A stretch of DNA of 63,251 nt, counting the filler, from Craspedostauros australis (lineage: Eukaryota): assembly GCA_030167865.1 (NCBI GenBank). It is 8 parts of 8 records of this genome, joined end to end, with 100 filler letters (N's around TTAATTAATTAA, not from the genome) between each part and the next. Parts side by side here need not be neighbours in the genome. Positions count along the whole stretch, not along the records: positions 1 to 28,839 come from JALAGF010005982.1; positions 28,940 to 34,871 come from JALAGF010005984.1; 6 more parts are not named here. One strand, 5' to 3'. The notes under the pieces are model-generated. The model searched no databases. It had not been told where the DNA came from and saw only the letters and a list, made by a program, of their open reading frames with translations. A program made the translations under genes and the position numbers. Of the stretch, positions 20,003-33,618 are shown in pieces; positions within the stretch are counted from its first letter, which is position 1, and each line of letters begins with the position of its first letter.

Positions 20003-22220
20003 ATGCTGCGACAAGTCTTGCTCAAAGCGACCACGCGGTCGACGTGCATCCCGGCCGTGCAAATCAGCGCGCGCAATCTGGTGACGAGCGCCAAAAAGCG
20101 CGCCTTGAACAAGCAGCAGCTGGGCAAGGATGCGCCAGCACCCAAGCCAGCCCAGGCACCCAAGCCAGTCAAAGCGACCGAACCTCCTGCGAGTGGCTCG
20201 TCGGTAGCGCCGCTCGTGATTGGCGCTGTGGTCATCGGGGGAGCCGCCGCGGCCTACTACACGGATAGCATTCCGAAGGAGGCCTTGGATACGCTGGGTC
20301 TCCGCGCCAACGGCGATACCAAGGAGGTCGTGGAGAAGGCGGCGCCGGTTGTGGCGGAAACGAAGGACGAAGCTACTGCTCCAAAGCAGGAGGCGCCAGC
20401 GAAGAAGGAAGACGAGACCGATCCAAACGAGACCGATCCAAACAAGGTCTCCCAAATCACAACGTTCGGCGGCCAGGCGACGGCTGCGTCTGCTGTGGCG
20501 GCCGTGCAACATCCCGCGAATGGCAACCGCGTCGTCATGGCGCCGGCCTCCAAGCAACCAGCGCCCTACAAACCCTCCACGGATGCGGCCTTGATGGAGC
20601 TCAAGAGGGACCTGGCCGAGCGGCAGAATCAGGTCCTCGGCCAGGCCCACGAGGAGCTGGCCAAGGTCTCGGCGATTCCGTTGGAGGACTTGGACGACCT
20701 CTCCGTCACGCAGCTCAAGATTCGTCTCGTGCAGTTGTCCAAGGAATTGCAGGAGCGCACGCAGTGGGAGGCCGTCCGGTTGAAGGAGTTCTTGGCGATG
20801 AAGGAGAAGGAGACGTCCGATCGGTGCGTGTTGTATGTGCGATGTGTGTATGCGATGTGTTGGGTTGTACTAATATGGGAACATTCAACTGCGGTTGCTT
20901 TTCATGTGCCATGCTACCATACGTCTCGTATGTTGAAGGGGTGATGTGGATGCGATTGCGTTGGCATCCTGAATGCATCTGGAATGAAGCAATGCATGTG
21001 GCCAGCTGTATCGTGTTTTTTATTCCACGTTCACCGTACATTCCGTGTTCACATTCAATCCACCACCACCATCATCATCATCCACCACGAATTCACTTCT
21101 TCTCACACCCAACCACCCTCTCAACCCTCTTCATTGCAATGCAATACATTGCATGTTCTGACGTAACCGCCATCATACGTGACTTTACTCTGATCTGCTC
21201 TACGTCACCAACAAACAACATGTAACCTGCCACCTGCCACCTGCAACCTACAGATACACGCAATTGATGAAGAAGCAACGGATGGAGATGGAGGATACCA
21301 TGGAGCGTCGTCTCAAGACGCAGAAAATGGACATGACGCAAGAGATGCAGGGCGCGCTTTACAGGAAGGAGCAGGCCCTGCAAACCATCGTCGATCACGC
21401 CCTCAAGCTGCAGGAGCAGGAGTACTTCGAAGAGAAGGCGCAGTTCGAAAAGGACACGGCCGAGCAGCTCTCGTTCAAGATGGAGCAGCAGTACGGCCAA
21501 TCGCTGGCCCAGGCCAAGGATGAGATCGCCCAGAAACTCGCCGTCAAGGTCCAGCAGATGGAGCAGCTCGTCGACCGCGTTCAGAACCTCGAATCCGCGC
21601 TCAAGGCATCCAAGCAGTTCCAGCAGGGATCGCTGCAGGCGCATCACATGAGCGCTGCTGCTCTGGCCCTCATCGAGCGATTGGAATCGTCGGAACCGGC
21701 CGCCAAGGAGATCGCGACCCTCGTCGCCACCACGATCACCGCGCCCAACTCCGTCATCGAATCGGCCATCCGATTGCTTCCAGACACCGTGCGCACGGCG
21801 GGCGTGCCATCCCTGTCCGAGCTCCAGACCCAGTTCGAGGAGTCCGTCCACACCAAGGCGCGTCAAGCAACCATGGTCCCCAAAGGCAACGTCGGCTTGG
21901 AGGGACAGCTGCTGGGCATGGCCTTTGCCACGCTCAAGGTGGCACCAGGCCCGGATGACGCTGCTCCAGCCGAACAAACCGCCAGCACGCGTAGCGAATA
22001 CGCCCTGTCACGCGCCCGACGACAAATTCAGTTGGGCAATTTGGAAAAGGCCGTCGAACAGTTAGATGGATTGGAGAAGGGTGGGCAGGCCGCCTTCACC
22101 GTCCAAGACTGGAAGGAAAGTGCCAAGCAGCGCATCGCCGTCGACAAGGCACTCAAGATGATCCGGTTGGAATGCGCGCTCGCAAATGCCACCCTGGCCA
22201 AGGACGCGCCAAAGGACTAG
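20003..22220 (+). CDS. MIC60: MICOS subunit Mic60/mitofilin; exons 20003-20823 and 21254-22220
   Basis: Mitochondrial presequence MLRQVLLKATTR, one TM (LVIGAVVIGGAAAAYY), long coiled coil, and mitofilin C-terminus (LSRARRQIQLGNLEKAVEQL...DWKESAKQR). A phase-2 GT-AG intron at 20824-21253 joins the two ORFs in frame. Confidence 0.85.
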
Positions 22221-22687
22221 ACGATGCAAGCCGCAGTCGTACGGAGTACTGTACTAGCATCTCGTAACTTACAAGATCGGCCCATTCGTCATGTCGACAT
22301 GGTAAAGCAAGACAAAGCAAAAGAGAACAGTACACTTCATCAAGTTTCGACATGGCACTCGGCTCCTTTCCTTCGCGACTCGTTGCGGGTGCAGAGCAGT
22401 TTTCTTCTGTCTTTGTTGTTCGAATGCTCTGTTGGTTAGTCGTAAATCCGTCTCAGGCCTGGTGGCGACAATGTTGCGAGAAGTTGCAGGGGCGATCGTA
22501 ACAACGCGACGCAGTGAAGGACACTTGTGCTGGACAGGTGGTTTGGCATTGGGAGTGCCATGCGTGATTGTTTGTGTATGAGTACAACATTGCTTTCTCT
22601 CTATTACTATTATGTTCATTGTATTGTGTGAGTGCGATTCTGTCACAGAGCATTGGAGCGACGCAGCGATTCAAAACTGGCGCGTGC

Positions 22688-23800
22688 CTATTGTTCCGAA
22701 AATGTGGATTGGATGATGTTGGCACTCCCCAACACCACCTTCTGCCCACGCGGCAGCTCGGTGGCCCAGACGACGCCGCGTGTGGTCAACCAGATATCGT
22801 CGGCGGATTCCTGGTGCTTGCGGAATGGGACGATCTCCTCGGCGTCCGGAACGATGGCAAAATTTCGCATCGGATACAACGAGCACTTCTCGGCCGCGAC
22901 GCATGCTTCTCTGTACTTCAATGCCTTGAGGAGGAGATTGGGTTCCTGCTGGAACTCATCCAAGGCGTCTCGCTTGGCTTGGTTGTATCCCATGGACTTG
23001 GCCTTCTGCTCTCGTGCATCGGCCAGGCCTTCCGTCGTCCAGACCGGAAAGCTGATGTACGTCTTGCCCTTGGGGAGCGTGGCGTCGTTGCGGTGGTAGT
23101 CATCGGAGATATCGAATCCGCACACCAGCGAGCCTGCTGGTGCGCCATCTCTCCAGACCATCTCCCAGCACGGGTCCTTCATTCCCACCTTCTGCGCGCC
23201 GCCGAGGGAGACGAATCCACCTTCTTCTTGAATTTCGAGGCGTCTGGATCCGCTGGAGAGCTCTGGGTGAGGACCGTTGATGCCTGTTGCAGCAGGAACG
23301 GGAGGGAGGTCGCGCAGTGGCGTTTGTAGAGCATAGAGATGAGCAGAGCGGAGGATTGGAATACACGTGTCAGCAAATGGCGGTGAACGCAAATGCGCTC
23401 ACGTTTTCGATAGGCTTTCGCCAGCCAACATCGATCGGACAGATGACGAATACGATTGACTCTCTATAGCTTCCCTTCCCTTCTTGTTGTATTCGTACGT
23501 ACCTGGCAATTTGACGGAGGGTTGGTCGCTGGGGACCGCTTCGGAATGCAGCTCCAGTGTGAGTCCTTTGATTCCCATTCGTGACGATTCCCCGGACTTG
23601 CCGATGTCGAGTGCAATCTGCAGCACGGCTTCATGCTGTGCTTCGACGATATTGCCCAGGTCTGGGAGGATCTGCTGCTTTCCCGAACGCCTCGCCGGTG
23701 ACGACGTGAGGACGGATGAGAAGAATGCAGTTGTGGATGCCATGTTGTCGGCGACAACAACAAAGGAGATGAGAGCGACGGTGAGGTTGGTGTACTTCAT
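22688..23800 (-). CDS. Conserved hypothetical protein, putatively plastid-targeted; exons 23800-23503 and 23283-22688
   Basis: Signal peptide followed by TA-FF (ASAFAP-like). A GT-AG intron at 23284-23502 gives continuous KLP-GINGPHP. Conserved-looking WEMVWRDGAPAGSLVCGF. Confidence 0.75.
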
Positions 23801-26079
23801 GATTGGATAGATGTGTTTGTTTGTTTGTTCGTTTGTGGGATAGGTTGTTGTGATGTTTGGGTTTGAAGCTGTTGTATGTGATTGATTGATGGCTTGTTCG
23901 AAGAGTTTATTGAGTTGGGTTGAGTTGACTTGTGTTGTTGCTGTTGATGTGTTTGTTGTTGTTCTTGAGTTGAAATTGTGAGAACGAGGAATCGATTTTG
24001 GAGAGATCCGCAGCCAACAAGAGCGTTCTGGCGTATTGGCACGGACGGTGATGGGGATTGCTTTCGAGTAGTCGTACTGATGCCTCGTGTGATCGGGTGT
24101 GTCAGAGAGTGCGCTATTAATAGAGAACAATGCCGTTTCTCAACCAGTGGGTGTGATTGATGATGCCACGAGCGTAGCATGTAAAATACCTGCCTTGGTT
24201 TCGTTCGATGACCGGTTTCGTTGATGTGTTGCCTGTTGTTTCAACCAGTCACAGTAAAACAGTTGAGATTGGCACGAAAACGGTGATGGGTTCTGAACTG
24301 GGGATGAAGCAAAGTTGGATGGAATGGATCAAAGCAACGTCGGTACGGACGATGACTCTTTTTTGATACAGTGTCAGAACGGCAACGTGCGAGAATACTT
24401 GCAGTGTGAGGAAGTCAAGATGTCGGATGATGTATGCGATGTTATGCGATGTCCGATGTCTGATGTCTGATGTGTGGTGGGTATGGCATGACAGCATCAC
24501 ACCAAACCACGATGGTTGTCAACGTTGATGTGATGTGATGTCACATGATGTGCTGTTCCGACTACAATCGCACCAGTACCACCACATGTATAACACCATA
24601 CCCTGTTGCATGTCCACATGACGGATCGATGCATCAATGTTTGCAAACTGCTCATCAACGAACAGAAGGAAGGGACTTCACATCATCATCACCATCGCCG
24701 TCGCGAATCTCAAATGTTCATGCGCGCATCCGCGCACATCACACTCCACTTCCGTATTGGTAGTCGTACGACTACCACGTGCAATTCGAACGCACCTGCT
24801 CTGCTACTCCATGTACCCATAGTAGTACAAGGTACCCAACAGAGAGCGCGCGTACGTGAGGATGATGTGTGATGATGTTGCAACATGACTCAACATCATT
24901 GTCGAGCGGAGAGGATTTGTTCTTCGCGTCGCTCATCATCGTGTTCGCCAACCCATCACATCGCGAACATCACTTCGCACACGCCACGAGACCAAGCAAA
25001 CAGAATTTCGCCTGTCTTGGTTGTTGTTCGGAAGAACTTTCGAAATCGTGGTGTGTGTCGAGAACTTGTTGACGTCACGAATGACATCAATAGAAAGTCA
25101 TCGCTTGTAACTGTATGCCATCCCCTGGCCTTGTCGATGTGACACGAGTTGGGGAGCCTCCCCAAAAGCTTCGCTGCGACGTTGTATCTTGGAGGGACTG
25201 AAATAAATCATAGTAATCGCGTGATGGCGTCATGTAGACTGTCTAGCCTTATCTATGCTGTTGAGTAGCCTTCCTCGGTGGAAGACTATGGCAATAGGAA
25301 GTCCGTTCTTCTCCATTTTTTGTTTCCATCCACAGTGTACAAAAAGAATGCTCAAGGATTCCACCTGCATGTTTGTGCTTGTTGGCATCGTTGCCTCCTA
25401 TTCCGTTTCGGTGTTTCTGGCATGCAGGTCACATGTAGCACTTGACTTGCGTGTATTCTCACTCCAGGCTTCTCCCAACCACAGCTTCAACCCTTCTCCA
25501 TCCCCAGGCCGCCGCGGGCCCATCGACTGGCAGGCAGAGGTGACCCACGAGCTACGGTACATGGCGCTGCAACATCGGTCTAGTCAGAACCACGCGCTTC
25601 ACGAGGAAGGAGAGCACGATGTGATGTCCCAGCGCATGCAATTCTACTGCCAACCCCTCCAAGAGCTGCCACCACGGCCCATCCCCACCCACCTTCGCCA
25701 GCTTGCCCAGCAGGTCCCAACGTCGGAACCACGACAAGCAGAATGGCTGCTCACTCTGCTACACGCTATGCCCCACATCGCAGCCATCGTTCCCCTGGCG
25801 CAAATAGCGTGGATGTGTCGCTGCGTCTCCCAGCCCGCAAGCTGGAGTCCCGCAGGTAATCGCATGGGCGCCGCCCTGTCTCCTTCCGTTGACGCCCAAA
25901 GACGCTTAGCGTACCGCGCATGCTCTAACTACACCTCCACCATCCAATGGACATAATCAAATACACCACAAGGACAGCGACCTACCCAACATCATTCATT
26001 CCCTGCTGGGCGACTCATGTAGAATAAACGAGGCGGCTCAAAACTGCCTGCATCGCATAGTTAAAGACTACAATCTATG

Positions 26080-27078
26080 TGTTAGGAATCGAGGGTACGA
26101 CTTTGTCAAGATACCCATGATTGCCGCACCTCCCAACATTATTCGCCACACCTTTGAATACCATATCATTACGACCATGATTAAGGACGAACGTGATTTA
26201 TATGAGTCCTACCAAGAAGAAAGGGTAGCCTGTCCTCTGGCAATATAAGAACCACACCAAACATGGATCAGGAGGTCCCAATACCAAACCAACCATGGCA
26301 ACCATGCAGACGGCGTCGTCAGCCAGAACTCTGGCAACGGCAATGGGCAAGTGACGCACCCCCTCCAGGGAGCAGCACGCGCCCCTCCTGCGGACAAGAC
26401 ATGCCACAGGTGGCCAACATCAGAAAGGATCAGAACAACCGCAGGTTTGGAACATCACCAAAGATGACACCAATCATGTGATGAGGTGTCACAGGATCAA
26501 GGATCAAAACATATGACAGACAAGCACACAGGACTGCAGATTCCTACCATATGAACGTAGACAGCTACAAACATACAGATACAAACGATGAGATACCAAG
26601 ACAAAGACACAAAGGAAGGCATATGAAGATTCATGAACAAGGCATGATGAATACAGAGGGAAGCATCTGGTGACACAGCGATACCCCATAACGCTACCGC
26701 AACAAATGCCTACAATGAAATTGAAATCGAAAGAGATGATGAGATTGAGCTCACAGTTCTAAAACGGTACAGTTTCTAACAGCAGATTAGATTACAGTAC
26801 TAACTATAACCCTGGATTTCCAACAAATATCAGAGGCAAGACAAGATGCGGTGTTAACAATGCAAGACAACTACACCATGGATGCATGATGAGATGCCTG
26901 ATGCATGCATGATGAATTGCAAGATGAATTCACGTTGAGCAAGCATGGAGCTATCATGGTGATCTCAGGAGGAGATCGAACATCGCAAGTTGAGAGCAAT
27001 GAAGAGCCCACAGTTCGAAGAAGTAGATTCTAATATTGATTAGCACTCTACCACTAACACCACCCTGGATTTCCAACA
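26080..27078. mobile_element. LTR-like relics (one left terminus, two right termini) of the same family as 38094-38771 and 60937-62320
   Basis: Starts TGTTAGGAATCGAGGGTACG...ATTGCCGCACCTCCCAA. Ends CCCTGGATTTCCAACA at 26825 and again at 27078. No target-site duplication found. Confidence 0.6.
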
Positions 27079-28115
27079 TTCCTGCGTGATGCCGATCCTT
27101 CAATCCGGCAGTCTCGCCCAGGCATCGGGATTTTGGCGGGGAGGGTTCCAATGACCAGGTCATCGGAACCCTTTTTCCATGGGTCTTGGGTTTCAAAGAC
27201 TTTCTTCAAAGACTTGTGCCCTCTCCAAATGTGGTTATGTCCAAAACATGGTTATAGGTATGATTCGGGCGTAGTTGGTGTGAATTGGTGGAGGATACCT
27301 TGTGAATCTGCCGGCTTCAGGATAGCCGTGTGATGCAGTTCAAGAGAGGTGTACTGATTGAATAGTCGTTACTGTAACGATGAGTAGAAGAGTGCTTTTG
27401 TAGCTAATCCTTGTCTGTTTATTATGAGTTAGCTTGTAGTGTTAGTAGGATGAAGAAACGATGCCACACAACTTGGCGAGACCCTGCACTGATGTACTTG
27501 GTTCAGTGCTTGAGGGTAGACATTATTACAGTTCCTTTCTCTCCACACACGTAGATACATTGCAGTGTAGGTCATGATGCAATGGCTGTGGCTGGAGCTC
27601 ACCCTCGGATTCCATTGCTCGAGTTGAAGCAGGTTGGATACACATGTCAAGACTACGGCAGTAGTGCAGTAGTCATCAGCATGGAGGGAATCAAGGAGTG
27701 TTGTAGTAGAAGGGTATGAGGAGCATATAGTTCCCAAGGTAAGGTGTGAGTCAGGTCGGTCATGCTTGAGTCATGATGGACTCGTGAATGGAGGAGAGAA
27801 AGGAGGAGAAAAAGGTTTGGTGGTCGATCAAGTCGGAAGATTTCGCGCCAAAACAAGAATTTCTCCCATCAGGTTGATACCGTGTTCGGTAATAGTCTGT
27901 CCCTTATTGAATCTCAACTGTTATGTCCGAAACATGGTTATGTCCAAAAGTGGTTCAGGCCAATTCGTGGGAAAACGGTTCATGCGTGTTGGGAAATCCT
28001 TCCTTCGCCTAACTGCTAGTTTAGCTCTATTACCTCTATTATGTTCATTGTATTGTGTGGGCGTGTGCAAATTGGTCCTGGTGTGATTCTGTCGCGATTC
28101 AAAATTGGCGCGCGC

Positions 28116-28839
28116 CTATTGTTCCGAAAATGTGGATTGGATGATGTTGGCACTCCCCAACACCACCTTCTGCCCACGCGGCAGCTCGGTGGCCCAGACG
28201 ACGCCGCGTGTGGTCAACCAGATGTCGTCGGCGGATTCCTGGTGCTTGCGGAATGGGACGATCTCCTCGGCGTCCGGCACGACGGCGAAGTTTCGCATCG
28301 GATACAGCGAGCACTTCTCGGCCGCGACGCATGCTTCTCTGTACTTCAATGCCTTGAGGAGGGGATTGGGTTCCTGCTGGAACTCATCCAAGGCGTCTCG
28401 CTTGGCTTGGTCGTATCCCACGGACCTGGCCTTCTGCTCTCGTGCATTGGATAGACCTTCCGTCGTCCAGACCGGAAAGCTGATGTACGTCTTGCCCTTG
28501 GGGAGCGTGGCGTCGTTGCGGTGGTAGTCATCGGAGATATCGAATCCGCACACCAGCGAGCCTGCTGGTGCGCCATCTCTCCAGACCATCTCCCAGCACG
28601 GGTCCTTCATTCCCACCTTCTGCGCGCCGCCGAGGGAGACGAATCCACCTTCTTCTTGAATTTCGAGGCGTCTGGATCCGCTGGAGAGCTCTGGGTGAGG
28701 ACCGTTGATGCCTGTTGCAGCAGGAACGGGAGGGAGGTCGCGCAGTGGCGTTTGTAGAGCATAGAGATGAGCAGAGCGGAGGATTGGAATACACGTGTCA
28801 GCAAATGGCGGTGAACGCAAATGCGCTCACGTTTTCGAT
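28116..28839 (-). CDS. Second copy (last exon plus part of the intron) of the 22688..23800 gene, truncated by the contig end
   Basis: Near-identical to 22688..23411 with a few amino-acid changes (SNAREQKARSVGYDQ vs ADAREQKAKSMGYNQ). Confidence 0.75.
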
Positions 28840-28939
28840 NNNNNNNNNNNNNNNNNNNNNNNNNNNNNNNNNNNNNNNNNNNNTTAATTAATTAANNNNN
28901 NNNNNNNNNNNNNNNNNNNNNNNNNNNNNNNNNNNNNNN
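28840..28939. other. Artificial contig-joining linker (N44-TTAATTAATTAA-N44); also at 34872-34971, 37994-38093, 47122-47221, 50132-50231, 53292-53391, 57576-57675
   Basis: The same 100-nt structure occurs seven times and puts stop codons in all six frames. Confidence 0.95.
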
Positions 28940-29245
28940 AAATGCACACTTAATCAGCAAAACCAACACAGTTGCCAACAACACAGGAGTGGTGCTTCTC
29001 GGGTTTGTGAGTTGCTTCGCTCTTCGCACTCCAACACTGGTTGCCCCGGTCATGCTATTCAGTCCAAGCCACCGTAGCGTACGTGTTTCGTTTCAGCTTG
29101 TTTTCCGACCTATGGTAATTTTTGTTTTTTACCGTTGCTCCCTGGGCGCAAAACTGGTGGTTGCATGAGCCAGACGACTGTTTCACAAACGGAAGGTGGT
29201 CGTAGTGAGCAAGAACAATTCTCCTGCTGCCAATTCAGTGGTTCT

Positions 29246-29311
29246 TGTAAGCCCCGTGCTGGGTACCATCGTGTTTTCTGTAAGCCCCATGCTGGGTACC
29301 ATCATGTTTTC
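29246..29311. repeat. 33-nt tandem duplication
   Basis: TGTAAGCCCC(G/A)TGCTGGGTACCATC(G/A)TGTTTTC x2. Confidence 0.85.
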
Positions 29312-30719
29312 CTGAAGGTGAAAAATAGGAAAACACTACTTTCTTAGATGGCGATGTACCGTGTTGTCAACTAGGGTTAGACATATTTAGCTACATGTCT
29401 ACGACACCAATACTGGCTGGCTTGTCCTCAACGCGGACAAAAAGCATGACGTCATTGACGGTCGATGACAGACCGAAATTGTATTCAATGGTGTGGATGG
29501 TGATGTCGTGACAGGTCCGGTGACAGGTCCGGTGTCACGCTGTTGGTGATTTGGCTCCTTTGGGTGTTTCCTCCTCCCGGTGTTGTGTCAAGCAGCAAAG
29601 CATTGGTGGTGCCATCCCTACATGTCGGCCACACCAGCCACACGTGTGAATGCTACACAACATAATATTATGTAATGTAATGGAGGGCAGTGACTTATCC
29701 TTTGCTATGCACAACAAAATACAATACTAAATAGTACTTGGCTTAGTTTGTGAATATTCTACAAAGTCCTGTGCAACCTGCTTTGTTCCCCTTGGACATG
29801 GGATGCCATGATCATCTGCTGAGCTGTTGACATGGTGCAGAAAGAGACTGGTGANNNNNNNNNNNNNNNNNNNNNNNNNNNNNNNNNNNNNNNNNNNNNN
29901 NNNNGAGCTGTTGACATGGTGCAGAAAGAGACTGGTGACAGTAGTGTTGTTATCCTTGTTGTTTCTTGCATCGTGATTCAAGTGCTTGTGGATTCAATAC
30001 CACTGAAACAAGAAGTATAGAGGGGGAGCAGATGAGCAACGGTTCGAAGCCAATGATGGCCATTGGCNACGACGAGCAGAGAGGAGGTCCAAACACACAG
30101 GCAGGGAATAGACCTGAAGCAAGGACAAGGCTGTACTATAGAGTAGGTATATGGAGGGAAGGCAGCATGTGCTGATTGAGACGTGGACGAAGCTGAACGT
30201 CCTGGACCATGAACAGCAGCAGACCAAGAACAAGGCATGATGCAGGTCAAGTTAAGGGTGAGTGCAAAGGTTGAATTGGGGTGTACCCACTGTGGGTAGC
30301 ATGGAGCCTGCAACCCGCTCACCACCATATGTATTCTTCTCCACATGGATTCCATTGGTCCAAAGCCCAGACAAAGCAGCAGCCTCGGCATGCCCACCGC
30401 CACCACGCAATCCTCAACATTTCGTTACAAGTAACCGCCTCACCCACGTGAAATGTGAGTGTGTCGATGATAGACACGACTGGACAGCATGTCGAAACAC
30501 GACTGACGATTCCGAACCCATTTGCCCTCCACCGTCCGCACGCTTGACGCTTTTAGGCAAAGTCTAATGCGAAAAATATAACTTTGTAACTACAAGGTTC
30601 AGGAGTCTATAACTTCACGCACACCCAATAAAGCATAACAGGATGAATTCAGTGCTAAAACATCGCATCATAACGAAGTTACAATCGTATCCTGAATGGG
30701 TCTTATGCTCACGCTGGGT

Positions 30720-30915
30720 CCACACAGCAAACAACTCGAGTCTGTTGTCTATTTGGCGTTGGAGAATCACACACAGAGCCTCGAATGGGTAGGTGCACAT
30801 GGCACTGGTGGCCATGGCGAACAGTGTCGCTCGTGGTCTTCAAGTTCTTGATTCGGCAGTTCATGCGCTCGTGTCGGCAACGAGCGCGGCTCTTGAACTT
30901 CGCACCATCTTTTCG
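30720..30915 (-). pseudogene. Frameshifted C-terminal fragment of a PIF/Harbinger-like (DDE_Tnp_4) transposase
   Basis: KFKSRARCRHERMNCRIKNLKTTSDTVRHG, then after a frameshift FEALCVILQRQIDNRLELFAV. Resembles the C-terminus of DDE_Tnp_4 transposases. Confidence 0.6.
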
Positions 30916-31026
30916 CAAAAAATCCTGTTCTTGGGCCTGCACACCAATCGCCAACCCACACACAAACAGCTCAAGCAAGTCCCGCGACCTGTGTGCTTCC
31001 ATCAAAAAATGCACTTGGAGTTCAAA

Positions 31027-31114
31027 AAATGCAGTTGAAGTGCATTAAATGCATTTGAAGTGCATTAAATGCAATTGAAGTGCATTAAATGCATTTGGAA
31101 TGAATTAAATGCAC
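31027..31114. repeat. 20-nt tandem repeat with a palindromic core (TGCATT-A-AATGCA), ~4 units
   Basis: TTGAAGTGCATTAAATGCA at 31035, 31055 and 31075; degenerate at 31095. Confidence 0.85.
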
Positions 31115-31618
31115 TTTCAGTTGTGCATCAGATTGATTCGTGACTTAAACAACTACAGTCACAACGGCGGTCATTGGACACTAATAGACGATCTCGTTAA
31201 ATATGATACTTAACGATACGACATCTACCGGTCATTTTCAGCGAATGCAACGACACAGATTGTGTAGGCAAGACTAATTCGATTAAACAGTCTCGATTCA
31301 TCTCTCTGGTCAAATGAGTCAAACAACGCACGTTTCAATGGACTTGCCGGGTGTCCCCGGTTCTTTCAGGAGGCTAATAAATCGAATATAGAATACAAGC
31401 ACTCCATTGAACAAAATCAAAAATTAAAATGTATCCCTTGATACATTATCGTGTTGCGAAGGAGAGCAGTACGAGCTAGGGGTTTCCATCCCTTCCATGT
31501 GGCACTTTCAGGTTTGTTTCTCCTTGCGTTCGACGATGGCCATGATGCACTCATGCATTCAATCGTCTAAACACGGCTCTCCCAGCCCGATCATGTGATG
31601 GGACAGGCCTTGCTGCCT

Positions 31619-33618
31619 TCACCTGTCGCCGCTGACGCCTTTTGACGATGAGCATACAGGGTCTCCTCGTGATTGTGCGAAGTGGATGACGGGGGCGATG
31701 CTGGGATCGTCCTCTGCTGCTATTTCCCCGTGCTGTGCTTCTCCGGTGCTGCTGGTCTGGGAATGGCTGGCGCTCCCAGCATTCTCGTTGGTGGTCGGAT
31801 TATCATGGCTGCAGTTGCTGTGGTTGCCGCAACGGCTGCGGCCGCTTTGATCGTGACTTAGAACACTTCCATGGCTATCATCGCCGCGCCATCTCGTCCT
31901 CACGACATCGTTGCTGTTGATGTCTGTATTGGACAGGCCGGTCATTCCGACTCTCACAGCATTGGAATGCGAACCATGGCTCTCTGTGCTCCTGTTCCGG
32001 CGCGGTTGCGACACTTGCGCATGCTGAATTGGGCGCCGCTCCGATTTGCTCGGTGGGTTACGTTTTCCAACCGCACATCGGAATACGTACCACCTTGATT
32101 CATCAGGCAAGGCCGTCCGCCAGAGTCGGTAGCGAGGTGAGATGAAGACCAGAAAGTTGAACCATCCCTGCAATGGAAATAGCGTGTACATGGCAATTTG
32201 GAAAGGGAATCTCTGCAATGTCGTCTCGTCTCCATTAGCGTCGACCAACTCGTGCATGATCTGGCATAGCAGCGGCCATATGAATAAATTAGCATACACC
32301 CTATTGTTGTTGTTGTTGTTGTCGATGATGGTGGTGGTAACGGTGGTGATAATATAACCGGCATTTGTCACAATACGCAACAAGGAATGTTAGCAACAGC
32401 ATCGCATTGATCGCAAATGAAGCATATGTACTGGTAGCATGACATCGTGGCAGCCATGACACCAAATCAGATTTCAACTTACAGAGCATACATGATGCAT
32501 TGCCATGAAACCTCTCGTATTCTTTGCTGATGGCGTTCATCCATGTTGAGGCGCGCTTTGGTGACTGTTAGAGTGGAAGATTGGCGCTGGCAATCATTCT
32601 GCCAGTTTGATGCAAGGGACTTGGATGACGACGACACGCCATGGATCTGCGCGTCGTGCTCTTGGCCGTCGGTTTCTTCCGCCGAGGAGTCTCGTGGATG
32701 TTTCTCGTGCTGCTTGTCATGCTGATTGTCATGCTGCTTGTCATGTTGGCCATCATTGTGCTGGCTGCTGTGCTTGGAAGTAAAGTGGACGGCATGGTTC
32801 GTGCCAACATCGCAGCGTCCGTCACTGTCGCAGTCATCTTCGACACCTGTTTGCTCCTTAAAATTATGCTTGGCGCTCTGATGCAATGTTTTACTGACCT
32901 TCCTGTACACAAGGAAGGTTGCAAGGAAGCCAGCACATGATAGGCAACACAGCAAGCTGATTGCCACACGCCCCAGCGTCTTCGCTGTGCCGCCTCCTCT
33001 TTCGCAGGGCACAGCGTCTCCAACGTCAGGCTCGGTACGGTGAGGATCAGTTGTGGTGTTGCCATCATCGATGCTGCTGACATCATCTCCTCTGCCGACG
33101 TTGGTGGAACAGCCGTTGGGGTACTCCACGAGGAAGCAAATGCCACCAAATTCCCAGTAGTTGATGGATTGCGTGGCCAAAGCCACAGTTTGCAGGATCA
33201 TCGCCGTGAGCGCGGCTGCAATGTGCACCGCCCTTTCCACCCTCCGTGCGATCTTCTCCTCTGACCATCCGAAGTGTATCTGAAAGCAGAAGTTGATGGA
33301 GATGAAAGCGCTGTAGACGGCCACCCAGCCCGTCAAAACAGAAACGAGGAAAGAGATCACAGAGCAGCTGGTCTGGTTGCCCACCACGGATGGAAATGGC
33401 GCATCGTCCGTGGGCACCACGAACGGGTGGATGACGTTGAGCGTGGAGAGGCAGATGTCGCCGATGGAGAGAAGGAACAGCGTGCGATGATGGACCTTGG
33501 CCTTGAGGTCTCCGATGACATGGCAGAGGATGAGAGATGATCCTGTGAGGGAAAGGGTGGCGCTGATCGCGCTGATGGTCGCCAGGATGATGAACTGGGC
33601 ATGCGTTTGCTGAGTCAT
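31619..33618 (-). CDS. 7TM GPCR-like receptor (cAMP-receptor/Git3-like); exons 33618-32483 and 32300-31619
   Basis: TM1 SATLSLTGSSLIL, HHRTLFLLSIGD, GNQTSC, and TM7 LFPLQGWFNFLVFISPRY. A phase-2 GT-AG intron at 32301-32482 joins the frames (MYAL-VYANL). Confidence 0.85.

Noticed and set aside
15462..20650. Long overlapping ORFs (15462-16463, 17386-18672, 19421-20650)
   Set aside because: Shadow frames of GC3-rich real genes.
25255..26070. 233-aa ORF or LINE 3' remnant
   Set aside because: No recognisable motif in one frame; it lies in a TE-relic region.
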